A program made the position numbers and the translations under genes. From Schmidtea polychroa (Eukaryota), in contig CM097886.1 in NCBI GenBank assembly GCA_044892525.1, positions 177,680,312 through 177,744,082 of the forward strand: a stretch of DNA of 63,771 nucleotides, in the 5' to 3' direction. This document shows positions 42,701 through 52,600 of the stretch, one piece after another (the first letter of the stretch is position 1; every line of letters begins with the position of its first letter). The notes under the pieces are model-generated. The model made no database searches. It was not told where the DNA came from and saw only the letters and a program-made list of their open reading frames with translations.

Positions 42701-44599
42701 ATAACGATCGTGAGAATCCTTGGAGAGATGGGCGAGGAAACCAACACGAAAAATGAACAAGGTGAAACCGCCATGATGTATGCAGCTATAACGAAAATAC
42801 ACCCAAAAACACTCCACATCCTACATCAATCAGGATCGAAACTAGACGAAAAGTCCAATGAAGGAAATTCCACCTTGGACTGGGCAACCATACAGCCAAA
42901 CTTAGAAATGATCAGATTTATTTGCAAAAATGCGACAAAAGAAGAAGTCGAAAATATGTGCAAAAACACATCTCAGTTTCAATGGAATGCGGTACGGAAA
43001 AATCTAGAAGCAATGAAATTATTATTAACCTGGAGAGTACCACAAAATAATAAATATGCGATAAATGTAAACGAATTCTACGAAAACGGAGAAAATGCGA
43101 TGGTAAAGAATACCCTAACTAAGGGGGGGACACCTAAAATAATTTTAATAGTATTAAATAGAGAAGACCTAAAATTCACGCAAAATCAGAACGAGCAACA
43201 ACGAATTGGGAAACATCGTCGTATGCAATTGAGAGAGTTAGTTAAAGAATGGAATAGAAAGAGACATGCTGCAACGGGTAGAAAAGAGTTTGAATTCGAA
43301 GCAAAATTAGCAAGAAACAGAGTGCTAACAGCATATCGCAGATTATTGAACGATATAAATGTCGAGGACGACATTTTAAACGACAGCGGGGGAGATAAAC
43401 ACGATGACAATAACGGAAAAGGCCGAAAGGAGGATAAAGAGAAAAGAGAACAGGAGGAGGGTAAACCGGAAAACAAGGATTCGGATACGAAAAGAGAGGG
43501 AAACAGCCCGGGAACTAAGACCAAAGAGGAGGAAAAATCGAATAATGGAAAACAGAGGGTATGCCTACCTTTCACTAACAAAGAAATAGAGACAAATATG
43601 ATATTAATGATAATTATGCTTACCATGATAGAGTTAGTAACAGCTCAGGGAGGGACGAGAACGATAAAAGAAACCAAAGAAGCGGAGAATCAAGATAGCA
43701 AAGAGGATGAACTAAAGCAAGAAAAGAAAAAGCAAGCACAAGAGCAGCAGTGGGATTTAAAGGAAGAATGGGACTTAAAGGAAAGGTGCATACTAGGAAG
43801 ATGCATGTCTAGAGCGTATCAGAAACTAGTACTGATAAATGAGGCCACAGAACCAATAACAGAAGTAAGAATACAAGAAGCATACCGAAATCGAGACGGG
43901 AAGAGAATAACGAACGTCAAAGGAAAAGAGGTACACCTAGGAAAAGGTGGTGAAGTAGTAATAACGCAGATCCAACCTAGAAAAGAGCACAAAGTCTGTA
44001 TTTCAAGATTAGGACCAGGCGAGAGATGCCATCAATATGTGACGCAGCAGCAGCCGCCGAAAGAATACACGGTTTGTATCTGGAGGAATGAATCAAAAAG
44101 AGAATGCCGACGATACCCGGGGAAAAGAGGAAAGAAAAGAAAAAACCACGACGAAAAGAACGAAGGAGGAAAGCACAAGAAAACTGGTGAGGAAGCTCAG
44201 GACAACTATGTTTCGGAGGAAGAGATGGAAAAAATACAAAAGATGGCAAAGGAGGGTATGAACGAGGAAATAGCAAGAATACGGGAAATGATGAAAGGAA
44301 ATGGCAAAAGAGGAAACGAGAAAAGTACAGAAGCGATATCAACATTAACAAACAAGGAAAAACCAGAGAGTATAAGCGTGAAGCAGATGATGTGGATCAG
44401 TGGGATAATAATAACAGGGGCATTCCTAATCATAACGGGGGGAACAATAAAAATAATTAAGGATAAACGACATCGCGGAGAACTAGAGATGACTCGAATC
44501 AGAAATTTCCAACATCGAGTGAAACGACCAAGTGATATCAAACAAGAACAGTGGGTGGAGGCCTGGAACGCTCAGCGCCCTCCAAACTCACGTATATAG
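30746..44599 (+). CDS. 4617-aa polyprotein (copy 2)
   Basis: Identical translation to 4534-18387. Confidence 0.97.
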   Translation: MTNVVKTDEYKEKFRGEPFNGNANKLATFITNFEVYITVCGWTPEAISKRMPLFLCDSALEVYLEAKERDTKLEKWEDIKTFLKKTFGASKPINQALGELANRKQRANESITLYASELRRLAKKAMNGKLPEENLIGYFIEGLRREEVRASVGCQMCKTLEEAIDWATRCELHLPAQMNIMQEEGRIATAIAKADNGDNNNQEPKMNQFIPGAHQIFKPPQGRSNGNNGNRNNPNNENNFNNRRNMNDNKQCRTCGKPGHWDRDCYRNSNCNRCGRRGHTENVCQLRGCFNCGQPGHISRDCRERGQQQRPPQRNNNYVANPQRQSNPNEGKQMNVMQEISQMKQMMQQMMRPRQESAPQQTQNIRMMRSTENLNNYEVHQHVQEWQRLQAEEERIKQERNQQRQEQPLRINMMRLVKDMKSQYCYNYGKSPRVVPMTEPEKVKEITTEMKTENSTTILKGNQRIQKIFWKKIKDKIEKEHNKAKTETEDENNKSKEQTSQLNHRMLQESESEETTIFERKKLKRVPRMRNLQINMMKRTKDVASSDEEEDYVSSLGGEILQPNEISEPPKGEIKEEESGNEITSESEDEDIEIKLRKAREEAIKQVAEILPVVVRNQEFIDVISFRRFVQKVMKLERNEKDLIPNEEKSIIKNYMEKMKQADTTRYVIKIGTSRGLERMWIKNTVTDELFDWIREHLGSSRKKEYLYQYQGEQIKPDKHLVDALIWPGETQILKLHKEKQPANLYDWAKDAKAEYDFNIKLKLEQIKQCTLRRNLDKLIKQIQEQVEDNWDLLITRRAPAMYELMSRLRDTEMLRMSDWRTINLIHKYGRLKETQPQRLEITIWLPNEEKRRIKMSNQSTVDDLVSKINQEITEKVRSESSDGMVDDVVMMYDKIILRAEDDTSLSEMGMWDNHQIIRIVPMDEFRTRDVTYQKEIRDRMKTLYQKSTEIIEIHQQWLKEKELQGKITKLNTRSCRRTPWERVWNAESKEWEIRKGTFVETDIGETESESEEEEEEPPEYEEEAREQTSDDESETDVTSESENEARHIHAMRKKEREYADMDGEEAAEAREREEKERYKQLGDILAMGAKNQKRQVVALANIILKTSENIHNLRGMAKAIEEYRQYNEWYPEQLEQIIRKWRNQEWAQDTQERYHIRIKYPDKSIEELEVHPTTKIRELKKKLAYETPFHLQLFGKSLDDNADVGITPMRLEETNVLTMAETLGKPLKRKSKITKPTKGSLSTPSPNKAPSKSNETEEVEEIILEDSDDEPGERSPLLVRWPTGAEMWTNNQPSTSYQQPTKLNIKEIIDNTTETETDEQFQKQREPTKVTPESQTDKIIDEWNEWLRNNDSSLPRTDNERNPNYENTREAGTMMEKRAKGRPKKQGEKSELKTKEQLKQEQGQVRLEKLDKIVWDLKEAQPTIERGEKWIRELLKDILIITNPQLRRLWQRKVASTEARQLWHTISGIIPKLIKEKTKTTKTDWDETKRVIEQLTTNANDDEHHLVVITYLMYNLMGLAARKIPNKQFANHVEMTVSIIENTIEPHIIRAGGWKRLIQAPRKNEQERSMQVRLKKLLNELEWELPMKDPASRKASINSLMMTMMIWMLCTSGATGFTIYDCDNMIMRDKYSLRDIEECRQASPNKLDIVRTKVTYHVYQESDFIRTQARECVVSKKVLAYYCGQYSYSTLILPGLDKEIVSIQREDCKELFRTGALKMHNGVTIHGQTGMIKTESVYVAGKVKSSDGSCNGGTYTIRGEVISGVVVIESYTVELKEYEAQFDANNYQMKTNPACKATENVCRTGVSTIIYEANTQKCRLQLLKSALFNEVKGEIYENENDEDGNDRVRMRNGKPMPPSPREKRLSTQKTPTALITDDPDLGMRFIKEKETTKCDSIVYKTNYAGIYMSRQIIDRAVGKIATEDVKLYLYANNKMDFLFHRGQTTLQKVYYDLIQNDCSLNKEILKTKLAIAITHPDNTMPSLPLPDGHFGRMVGEVMYTYQCTKTYARMPEKSILPEKRCANELEIRYKGQNRFVQPVTRIMNPVGFYPNLFNCSNAYGPLYERPDGKWMMLPGKTISEEPKKFGLIELATELDFKPIDVSNGGMYSPEDLETARLNVLFPARRESILSNMVTITGGTNYQSGPNYELLLSPDHFQQATSNMMKAMWGRFLVFGQMMAGILGIILIIQIVRVILTQMLACFDIYKREKKVNWKMIVGFLPFLAKTMVLHGHSKDIHRIKRLIKILTKIKGTDEEVGRRFRKVMYDEATRRQLKKNKPKFLDRFRSQSSNSDSDDDDNGNDKCLYPNRNPNEKPMETAPYWEKEKTNTWIANGSYIPPDIVGPQAALTMTQNMYPQLPSQPGMHYMPTRRTKSVDQADDVRTIAAMSLPGGPAVTVMIQINGKETNAMIDTGANVSAIAINQIPSKHWKDIESTTIHIIACSKETVDVVGRWWTTLRYQDNEIETYLAVIPKLSVPCIIGTDLMPELLKEVVIDLTTMCLKDKTGRICKMNAVIRCPEKIIVPAKSQMICQIKVDTGMEGEVIFEPSKSFEKRRELPLAREIITINQEGVIPLNITNFEEEDKIIYENEKLGRLTPMMDIELPKVTNEMIKDDELWTIDSMLLTNNEKKKLHRLLVEYKDIFAISDLDLGTCDVTLHAIPLIDETPIALRPYKLAEMQKEIAEAEVQKMLDAKVIEPSCSPWQFPVVMVKKKDGSQRFCIDYRKLNAVTKRDTYPLPDINEMLLMLQGAAYFTSLDLKSGYWQIKVKDEDKEKTAFTLGRDLYQFRKMPFGLTNAPASFQRCMNFVTHGIKQCMVYIDDLLIYSATFEQHLEDIRNVFIRLRQWKLKLKPSKCDWAKEKVTFLGHIVSAKGKEPDPRNIEKIKTCPAPKTVTQVQEFLGLCGYYRKFIKNYAGIAKPIQELVKKDISFIWEKEQQQAFETLRDKLIEAPILVHPDFKKPFLLATDASGYAAGAILGQLDDEGKERVIGYYSRTFKKHEKNYSVTEREALAIIQAIKHFRYLLWGHEICITTDHQPLVWLGQHKEASSRLMRWAMQLQEYSPFIKFKAGRANANADCMSRFIFPDLVDSEMQRICLIVAEDLDFCQLRKDQQEDAELKQIIDYVKTGKTEVYAKDQKLKEHMDKHRHRYIIEKDWLLIMDGEKRLMCIPENRRKELLTQYHDGRLGGHMSSKKTLARMKQKYFWPTLTEDVTEWVKNCLTCATRKNTGSKWKAPLTPMPVPIEPMTMISMDVVGPLPESDKGNVYILVITDFLTKFPEAFAMPDQKAKTIAKILVEEICCRYGTPKQILTDQGTNFMSEIMSEVTNYFKIAKLRTSPYHPQTNGMTERFNGTLTQMLSNYVDRHQRDWDEYINLCLMAYRMSIHASTKMSPFKLMYGRECNMPMDLEYQPPISQYMEIDDYVTKFKERMQEIWETAGLNIKFYQESYKDLHDRKKNVKQHTFQTGDWVMIETPELIPGTTKKLQRNGKGPYEILFVGETNVRVKLVNNPFTRPIYVNVARCKSIPKTATSQPEGRTLTTRSQTYRMNMMQQLAEPITGRLGIQPSEAEKIVKEVKIKIPGWAKDRLDFEILGGLLTMIENYANRERTHPLLRVVKSQWPILFTITDHYGDTPLHKLMKVGNNEQILETIEAFHDCKRSTEQTNNQGYTPLMIAANKGKTKDIITALLDTGSKITTQDHERKNALHHAIEGRSTEAFTSLMELLSYEDNREVGNMYDGLLTAIKEKLTTITGILITWRNPIRNDYMINVNEAFTRGENTLMREAMKGHQLFEIPNQLLERGIKFTNHKDEQLAKKRIDTFEKSLFQFTNQVRNKYWETVSVLYMMDTMNNIRENYLDIIQILTAEERINNPNGKKTKIRYEKSRESKSTTNQTVTNNVIETKSMSIDQEAIIRKAKEVFFEEMLELPDEIILSKIIKAVHTYARDQTTDLDIGKIKTFLPRAFTMVTKDSRTPLQQAILAAKENRAITIVRILGEMGEETNTKNEQGETAMMYAAITKIHPKTLHILHQSGSKLDEKSNEGNSTLDWATIQPNLEMIRFICKNATKEEVENMCKNTSQFQWNAVRKNLEAMKLLLTWRVPQNNKYAINVNEFYENGENAMVKNTLTKGGTPKIILIVLNREDLKFTQNQNEQQRIGKHRRMQLRELVKEWNRKRHAATGRKEFEFEAKLARNRVLTAYRRLLNDINVEDDILNDSGGDKHDDNNGKGRKEDKEKREQEEGKPENKDSDTKREGNSPGTKTKEEEKSNNGKQRVCLPFTNKEIETNMILMIIMLTMIELVTAQGGTRTIKETKEAENQDSKEDELKQEKKKQAQEQQWDLKEEWDLKERCILGRCMSRAYQKLVLINEATEPITEVRIQEAYRNRDGKRITNVKGKEVHLGKGGEVVITQIQPRKEHKVCISRLGPGERCHQYVTQQQPPKEYTVCIWRNESKRECRRYPGKRGKKRKNHDEKNEGGKHKKTGEEAQDNYVSEEEMEKIQKMAKEGMNEEIARIREMMKGNGKRGNEKSTEAISTLTNKEKPESISVKQMMWISGIIITGAFLIITGGTIKIIKDKRHRGELEMTRIRNFQHRVKRPSDIKQEQWVEAWNAQRPPNSRI

Positions 44600-44759
44600 A
44601 AAGGAATATGACTGTATATAATTGTAAAAAGTAAGTATATCTTATGTATATAACAGTACTATATCTTTATATAAGCGCGGTATCAATATTATACAATAAC
44701 GGGAATCATAAAATAAAATTAAATTTACATAAGAGCTGAAAAGTGTATATAAATTAGGA

Positions 44760-45119
44760 ATGGATCAAGGAAATAACGAAATGAACCACGATACAGTAAC
44801 TGAAGAATTATGGAAGCAACAATGTGCCGTATTAGCACAATTAGTGTCCAATTTGCAAGAACAAGGACTGACGATGCACAGAAACCTGATCGAGAGTATG
44901 AACAGAGGATTTAGTTATTTGAAGATAATTGAAGACCAGAGGTTAAAAATCGAACAAATGCAAAGAGGGATAGAGAGGATAACCCAATATAGCCGTCGAC
45001 AGGAAATTGAAATAGACAGAATGATGGAGGAAGCAGAACAGACAGAAATAGAAGACTGGTCGGAATGGCTAATGAATAGAGAGGAGAGCGGACACGAAGC
45101 CGACTCTTCCGAACCCTAA
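44760..45119 (+). CDS. 119-aa accessory protein (copy 2)
   Basis: Identical translation. Confidence 0.6.
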   Translation: MDQGNNEMNHDTVTEELWKQQCAVLAQLVSNLQEQGLTMHRNLIESMNRGFSYLKIIEDQRLKIEQMQRGIERITQYSRRQEIEIDRMMEEAEQTEIEDWSEWLMNREESGHEADSSEP

Positions 45120-45204
45120 ACCAAACCTAGCTCAAAATGTAAATAATTGTAAATAAAATATCGAACCTGTATCGATAAGAACTATTTGTACATATAATTA
45201 TAGA

Positions 45205-46593
45205 ATGGATAAACGACAAAGAGAAGAGTTCAGAGAGATTGTCGAGCAAGTCCGAAAATCTACAACGATCAGAATACACAAACATGTTATGTGCGGAATA
45301 TGTGAAAAGTTGTTAAAGGAACCTCACCAAACGCAATGTGGATGCAGAGTATGTAAAGAATGTATCAGTGAAGCAATAAAGAATAGACCACAGAAGTGCC
45401 CGGTGTGTAAAGAGACACTAATATCGAGTTTAGAAGACACTAACGAGGATAAAGCCGCAGTGAAAGACGTGTTAAACACCAACCTGGGATGCAAAAATGC
45501 CCCATGCGAATGGAAAGGAGTAATATGGAAGGTAGTACAACATATGGGAGAATGTATGTACCGAATTGGCCAGTGTGAAAGGTGCCATAAAACCATTCGA
45601 GCAAGCGAAGAAAAAGAGCATCAAAGGCAGTGTGAAGAGAGATTGGAAAGATGTGAACACTGTGGAGAAATAGATACGTGGATAAATCTCACCCTCAAAC
45701 ATCACAATGTCCAAGAGGAGAGAGTATGTGCGGAGTTCAGTGGGGAATGCCCAAACGGATGTAACCAAGGGGAAATAATGAAGGTGGCACAGCATCTAAG
45801 GGAATGCGAAAAGAAAAGAATGACATGTGTACTAGGTAGATGGGGTTGTCAGAAATTACTACACCGAGGTGAGTTACCACATCATTTAGTAGAAAATGCT
45901 TCAACTCACGCAGAAATGTGGTCGACTGCGTTACAAGAAAGCGAAGAGAAAGTAAAACAAATGGAGATAGAGATAACATCGTTGAAAGTGTTAGTCAAAG
46001 AACTACTAGAAGAAAGGGAAGCGTTCGAAGAAGCCCGAGCAAACATAAAGATGCAAATAAACCGAACAGAAATTAGTAATAATCAGGCCAAGGAGCTACA
46101 TCAGAAAATACGGGAAATAAATCTAAATGAGATAACCCCAACAGCACCCTACATATGGAAAATAACGGGAGTAAAAGAAAGAATACGAAAAGCAAAAACC
46201 GGAGAAGAGACAAGAATAACAAGTCCTACATTCCATTCTTGGAAAAATGGGTACAAAATGAAAATGAAGATATATCCCAACGGGGACGGAACCGGATTAG
46301 ATACGCACTTTTCGATTTTCTTTCTGTTATGTAAAGGAGAATACGACGAAATATTAGAATGGCCGTTCCAGGCAAAAATCGATATTACTCTGATGAACAA
46401 CCGAAGTATACATGAGCAAAGCTTCAAAACAACGGGGAATCAAATAGCTTACCAGAGGCCCCTCAACGAAGAAGGATCAGCAACAGGAGCACCTACGTTC
46501 ATCTCACAACAAAGAGTAGAAGATATGGCGAGAAATGATACCATATATATCAAGATGACCGTGAGGAAAGAGGAGAAGGGTAGAACGGAGTAA
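45205..46593 (+). CDS. TRAF-family protein (copy 2)
   Basis: Identical translation. Confidence 0.95.
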   Translation: MDKRQREEFREIVEQVRKSTTIRIHKHVMCGICEKLLKEPHQTQCGCRVCKECISEAIKNRPQKCPVCKETLISSLEDTNEDKAAVKDVLNTNLGCKNAPCEWKGVIWKVVQHMGECMYRIGQCERCHKTIRASEEKEHQRQCEERLERCEHCGEIDTWINLTLKHHNVQEERVCAEFSGECPNGCNQGEIMKVAQHLRECEKKRMTCVLGRWGCQKLLHRGELPHHLVENASTHAEMWSTALQESEEKVKQMEIEITSLKVLVKELLEEREAFEEARANIKMQINRTEISNNQAKELHQKIREINLNEITPTAPYIWKITGVKERIRKAKTGEETRITSPTFHSWKNGYKMKMKIYPNGDGTGLDTHFSIFFLLCKGEYDEILEWPFQAKIDITLMNNRSIHEQSFKTTGNQIAYQRPLNEEGSATGAPTFISQQRVEDMARNDTIYIKMTVRKEEKGRTE

Positions 46594-46786
46594 CCAATCG
46601 AATAATGTTGTATATAATAATCTGTATATATCGGTGTATATAACCAATAAAATATTATATAATAATAGTATGAAAACCATAAATACGAAAACCCAAAAAT
46701 GATGCGAAAATTTCCCAAGAAACAGTAAATAATGAATAAATTCCTTTTTCATAATAAAAAGATTAATCGATGTCTATGATTTAGAG

Positions 46787-47842
46787 ATGACACAAGAGAA
46801 AATAACCGAAACTGCGATAGCCCCAACCAATGTCAACAAGACACAAATTCCCCGAGAACATAACAAAAAATGGAACAAAGTAATGTTCCAACTAACTAAT
46901 CTCACCCGAAATCACATCGAAGAAACTAGAGAAGATGAGAATAGTCAATACCAATGGTTAATACACAACTTAAGAGCGGAAGCAGAAGCATGCAAAAGAG
47001 CATCAAAATGGGCGTCACTAGAAAATACCCGCCAAGAAGCACACAGCCACTACTTAAAGCAGCTAGTGCAGGAAGCGAGAAAGAGACTTACCGATGAGAA
47101 CACCAAGCGCGAAGCGGAAAAACAAATAGAAGACAGGAAAATGATGCACTTAGTGGCAGAAGCGAGGAAATGGAAAAGACAAAACAGAGAAATGAAAAAA
47201 GAGATGAAAGAATTGCCCATGAGACTCGGATATGAAAGCGAACAAGGTAAATGGGAGGAGAATTTAATAATAAAGGAAGAATTGAAAAGGTTGAGAAAGG
47301 TCGCCGCCCGAAGCCAAACCTGGCAAACAAAGGCTATGGAGTTTGAGCGACATTTGGCAATGAAGTGCGACATAAGAGAGCACGAGAATGCCGCAATGGA
47401 AGAGATGATAACCCAACAAGCGGGACGGGTTGTGGAATTAGTAAATCAGGTAGAAGAGATGAAAAGAGACCTTAATGGATTACAAGGATCGCTGGAACAA
47501 AGAAACATGGTCCTAGCGGGAAAAAACAGAAAATTAGAAAACGAAAGGAAAATGTACACCGAAAATATTAAAAACTTAGAAATAGAAATTGAAAAATGGA
47601 AGGGCGACGAGAAAATCAAGGCCCTAGACAAACAGATAGAGGCGCAAGATGAAGAGACAAGGTATCTCACCTATCTGCTCGACGAGGAATTGAATATCAC
47701 TCGAGCTCTAAGAGACGAAGTTAGTGAATTGAGAGCTCAAATTCCCCAATATTACCTACCATACGACCCTATTGCGATACAGTTACATTCCGCGGTCGAT
47801 AGTGATGAAGGTTATGTAGGCCAGGAGGAAACCTTCGTATGA
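46787..47842 (+). CDS. 351-aa coiled-coil protein (copy 2)
   Basis: Identical translation. Confidence 0.75.
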   Translation: MTQEKITETAIAPTNVNKTQIPREHNKKWNKVMFQLTNLTRNHIEETREDENSQYQWLIHNLRAEAEACKRASKWASLENTRQEAHSHYLKQLVQEARKRLTDENTKREAEKQIEDRKMMHLVAEARKWKRQNREMKKEMKELPMRLGYESEQGKWEENLIIKEELKRLRKVAARSQTWQTKAMEFERHLAMKCDIREHENAAMEEMITQQAGRVVELVNQVEEMKRDLNGLQGSLEQRNMVLAGKNRKLENERKMYTENIKNLEIEIEKWKGDEKIKALDKQIEAQDEETRYLTYLLDEELNITRALRDEVSELRAQIPQYYLPYDPIAIQLHSAVDSDEGYVGQEETFV

Positions 47843-48010
47843 GGGTGGATGAAAAAATGAAAAACTAAAAACCGGGACGTATATCCCAAACAAAAAAATT
47901 AAAGTATTGTAAAAGTATTCAAGGGACTGTAACCCAAACTATTAAATTTTATATCAATGTATACGTATAAGTCGCACTATAGCGCACCATTAACTGTACA
48001 TATTATAGAT

Positions 48011-48709
48011 ATGAAAATCGAGGAAATGATAGAAATTATGAGCGACGTAGAAGAGGGAGAGATTGAGGCAGAAACAACAGAAACACAAACGCTAAAGGCC
48101 GAGTTACGGGAAGAGAAATACGAAAACGGGAGATTAATAAACAAATACCTGGAGGACCGGAAAATGATAAAGGTGTTAAAGAAAGAGTGCGAAGCGTTGG
48201 GGGAAATAAAAAGAGAAACGGAAGAGGAAAATGAATGGCTACACGAACAAAGGAAGCGAGGGAAAAACTGGGAAAAGATAGCGGAAGAGCTATGGAAAGA
48301 GAGGGCAAGCTTCAAAGCAAAGGAGGTAATCCAAGACTACTGGAAAACTGAGGCGAAGGAGCGCCAAACAGCTATAAATAAATTAAAACGACAACTAGAA
48401 GAAAACCAACGGGAAAGTAAAGAAATGAGGAAGTGGGTCCGCAAATATAGAGAAATAGAAAGAAAACATCAACAACAAAATTACCTGCAAGAAAACGAAC
48501 AAGATCTCCTACAAATCGAGCTAAAAAGAAACCTTGAAAAGAAAAGGGAAGAAATTAGACGCTTGGAAAAAGAAATTAGACATCTAAAGAGAGAAGCCCG
48601 TGAAAAAGACCGACAATTGGAAATGCTGCCCGAGTTAAGACACAGGGTAATTAAAGCAGAGTCCACCTTGATGAGAATCGGTGAAAATAATCCAAATCAG
48701 AACCATTAA
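48011..48709 (+). CDS. ~232-aa coiled-coil protein (copy 2)
   Basis: Identical translation. Confidence 0.7.
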   Translation: MKIEEMIEIMSDVEEGEIEAETTETQTLKAELREEKYENGRLINKYLEDRKMIKVLKKECEALGEIKRETEEENEWLHEQRKRGKNWEKIAEELWKERASFKAKEVIQDYWKTEAKERQTAINKLKRQLEENQRESKEMRKWVRKYREIERKHQQQNYLQENEQDLLQIELKRNLEKKREEIRRLEKEIRHLKREAREKDRQLEMLPELRHRVIKAESTLMRIGENNPNQNH

Positions 48710-48764
48710 ATTAAGGGTCATTAAAACCAATTGTAAATAAACATAATGAATGTATAATAGTATC

Positions 48765-49418
48765 ATGCGAGGCGAGATGATGATAACAATGATGGTATTG
48801 ATGATTCTGATGGAGAACAAACAATTAAACGCCCAACCGAAAATCGTACGAGATTACCGCAATCAAAATCAAGAACCTAAACAAGAATCCGGCAAATGCA
48901 CATACCCTATGACCGTAAAAACCCATATCATCCAAACCATTCAATCAACCCGATCCCACATCAACAACATCCAAACAATGTGTAAAAAGAACCCCATTTG
49001 TAAAATGATAAACAAACAAATCTTCGAACAAAGCCAACAGATCGACCAGTTGGAACAACAAATGCAACAAGAGGATTTTGAAAATCTTGTAGAAAAGCCA
49101 AAAACACCTCCCGAGATCAATGACACCCATTATCTCATATATGTGGTGATCGCAGAGACCCTCCTCCTATGTCTACCAATATTCATGAAAATTTACGAAA
49201 TTCGAAATAGATGTAGAGTCTCGACATCAATAAGAGTAACCTCGAACCAAAATCCTCAAGAAGTGCCCCTGACAAATCTTAACCCAACCCCATTCCGACC
49301 TCGAACCCCGAGTAATCAACCAATCCAGCCGAAATCTAATAGTCAGACCTATCTCAACATCAATACCCAAACCAACCAACAGCCGCCAGCAGAAGCATCA
49401 ATGGTTAACAGTTCATAA
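48765..49418 (+). CDS. Type-I membrane protein (copy 2)
   Basis: Identical translation. Confidence 0.7.
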   Translation: MRGEMMITMMVLMILMENKQLNAQPKIVRDYRNQNQEPKQESGKCTYPMTVKTHIIQTIQSTRSHINNIQTMCKKNPICKMINKQIFEQSQQIDQLEQQMQQEDFENLVEKPKTPPEINDTHYLIYVVIAETLLLCLPIFMKIYEIRNRCRVSTSIRVTSNQNPQEVPLTNLNPTPFRPRTPSNQPIQPKSNSQTYLNINTQTNQQPPAEASMVNSS

Positions 49419-49643
49419 ACTCTAACTCAAACATTTGTGTTATTATATGTGGAAACTTTTATTGTATGTACAAACTATCACCTTAAGTGATACTTGCTTG
49501 ATCTTGCTTTGACCTAGATCTTACAATAAAAATTTTATCATTGTTGTATAATTTTCGTGTTCGTGTTATATTTTTTTTTGAATGAATGAATTAAGTTAAT
49601 TATGCAATTGCGGGACGCAATTTTGATGGGTCCCCGAGTGATT

Positions 49644-52600
49644 TGTTGGGCTGAGTCGAAAATTTAATCGTTGAAAAATAGGAAAGTAGGGAAGTAGAAC
49701 ATTAAGAAAAATAATAATAAAATAAATAAAATCAGAAATAAAATAGAATAAGATATAAGGAAAATAATAATTAAGACATAAGAATTAAAACAAAAAATAA
49801 AATTAAGAAAAGATTAAAATAGAACAAGTTGACAAATAAATAAAGAGGAATTCAAGAAATAATAAGGAAATTAAGGAAATAAATAGAAAAACATATTAAA
49901 AATAAAGAAAATAAGGAAAAAACAACCTAAAAACAAGAAAATTATATTAAATTAATAGAAATAAGCGGTACTCAACTCTGATTGGTCCGCACAAATAAGA
50001 ATTTGATATATATACAACTACCAAAAACATTAAATTTACTGTTAACCCCGAGCATTTCATAGGTAAGAAAAATGTTTACTGTTACTGTTAACCCCGAGCA
50101 TTTCATAGGATCGACACTACTAGCCAAGCAACCGTCATTCAGAAAACTCCACGACTATTCAAAACCAGTTCAGAGACCGAAATACCATTCATCACAATCA
50201 TCGACATCCAACGGACCACCATTAGAACTATTTTGGAACGAACAACATTGAATTTTGACTCAGCCTAACAATAGTAAGGGGTATTTCATTTGTTTATAGA
50301 TTTATTTAAGTATTTGCAAAGCTAATAGTAATGTTAAATATTAACGATTAAATATTTTAGTTAACTCTCTTCATTTGATTCTCCATTTTAATAACTTTAA
50401 CGTATTGATGGAATTTGTATTATTTAAGTATTTCAGAATTAATAAAATATTTTTATCCAGATGTCCGTATTTTATTTGAATTAAAGATTTTATAAATTTT
50501 CATTTAACGAGTAACGTGGAGTTGAGATACTCCATGTCATGGTATGAGGTGCCTTCGGGAGCTCAGCCGGTGGACATGGAGTATTTCAATCACGCAGCTA
50601 GATTGGGCCGAAATGTGAAGGCTTCTTCACGGGTCCTATCGCTGAAGATGCGACTAAATTATCACAAGGGGTCATGGTTAAAAGAATCGCTGGCAGACAA
50701 TGATTTTCACAGAGATAGTCGTACGAATGAAGGGATTTTCAAGGATTTACACAGTGACTGAGGGCGTCGCATTCCTTTTTCTTTCGTCAAGTCGTTTTCG
50801 TAAATCTTACCCCTATTGAAAAATGAGATCCAGACAACGATTTAGTGAACTTCGTCAAAAATAACGACATCTCATAGTACGCTTCATCTGGAAACATGGT
50901 TTCATCAAGTTAATTGCGACAACGTCTATTTGCCGGACTCAGTAGAACTAATTTCGTATGAAATTCCGTTATCATAGACCCAATGTCATCTAGCCTGTCC
51001 AGATTGTATGTCAGGTTACGAAAGTATCCTAAAAACTTTAACTAACTCGAACCTGAAAAATGCGAGATTCTACGAAAACCTCTCTAATATTATAATCAGA
51101 AAGTTTTTATAGACTTAGCTATTTAAAAATTATAAACGGTAAAATATCACCAAATTTAATTAATAACATTTATTTCTACAATAAGAGCCAGGTCTTCACT
51201 GTATACATCCAAATTATTGAACCTGAGAGAAAATTTCGAATGGCTAAGGGCAGGTTTCATCGAGACGGCATTACATCTGAATAGGAAAATCCGAGTAGAA
51301 TGACGAGAGTAGTAATATGCTTCAGTATTTGGTAGCATTATTCCCTCGACGATCACTGAAAAGATCCAATAAATTTCCAAACGATGGTGATCATTCACAC
51401 AAGTTGATAAGGGTAAAATTCCGCGATGAGAACTGACGGCAGCATAAATCATGATTCAAATAAATCACTGTGCAGAGAAAATCATATGACAGCAGGATCG
51501 ATGAAATCACCGTGAAAATGGCATACACCAAGTGAGTGAGATAAGATAGTAGCCATACACGAATCTATGTGGTGAGAGCACAGAATATCAGACTAGCATA
51601 CATAATAGTCGCGACACGTGACATTCACAATAGGTCGATAATGTAATCAACTAGTCGACAGTAGTATCCGTAAATTTGGACATGTGTTATGACCGATGAG
51701 ATATCCCATTAGGGTGTTCAAGTAATGGCTGATGTAAACTCATCACATATTCTCAGACAAATGGTAGACAATATAGATAATCACATTCACTACCGAATTA
51801 AAAGTGCACTTCCAATAACAAATTTCGAATCAAAAAATATGTTGAGAATAGCGATAGTAATTTGTTTTTAATAAATTTAAATAGATAATTTATAGCAAGG
51901 TGTAGTCGCATACTATAATGTCCCTCTACTAAAGCATTATTATATTGTTTCACCAATATTATATTTACCCCCTATTAATTATTACGCCCCTCATGTATAC
52001 GGTTAGATCAATAGAGAGTCAAAGTTAATAGCATGCGTCAAACCGATGGCCTTTGGTTAAATAAATTGTTTCAACAAATAAGATCCGTGGTAAAACCGGA
52101 TTGTAGAATAAGTTTTCCTTCTTTTCGTCGGTCAAGCATCCACGAATGGCCGTAGGTCGTATCTAATTTATTCTAAAATCGTACGTTCTACGTTTCATTA
52201 GTATTATTTATAGCAAGCATGCTACCAACCACTAAATCAGCATTACGGCCGTGCTTCTCGTGCGCGGATAAAAATACGGTGATAAAGGACCTACAAACTC
52301 AGATTGGACGTTACAAGAGGAAGATAGACGAGCTGGAGGGGACATGGTTTAGTCCCGCTCGGATGAAAGAGATCCAAAAGAAGCTCGATCGTAGCGAGCA
52401 TTGCCGGGACGCGCTAATATCTGAAAGCCGTGCCCAAAGAAGTCTAATCAGAGAACAATCCGAGGCACTGCATAAGGTTTACGTGCAGGCGGCTACAACC
52501 CGAAAAATAGTGCAGATTCCCATCCGAGAGGCCGATGACATCTTTCCGCCTCATCACAACCTTTCCTCGAATCCATCTCCACCGTTCAAGAGACCGTGCC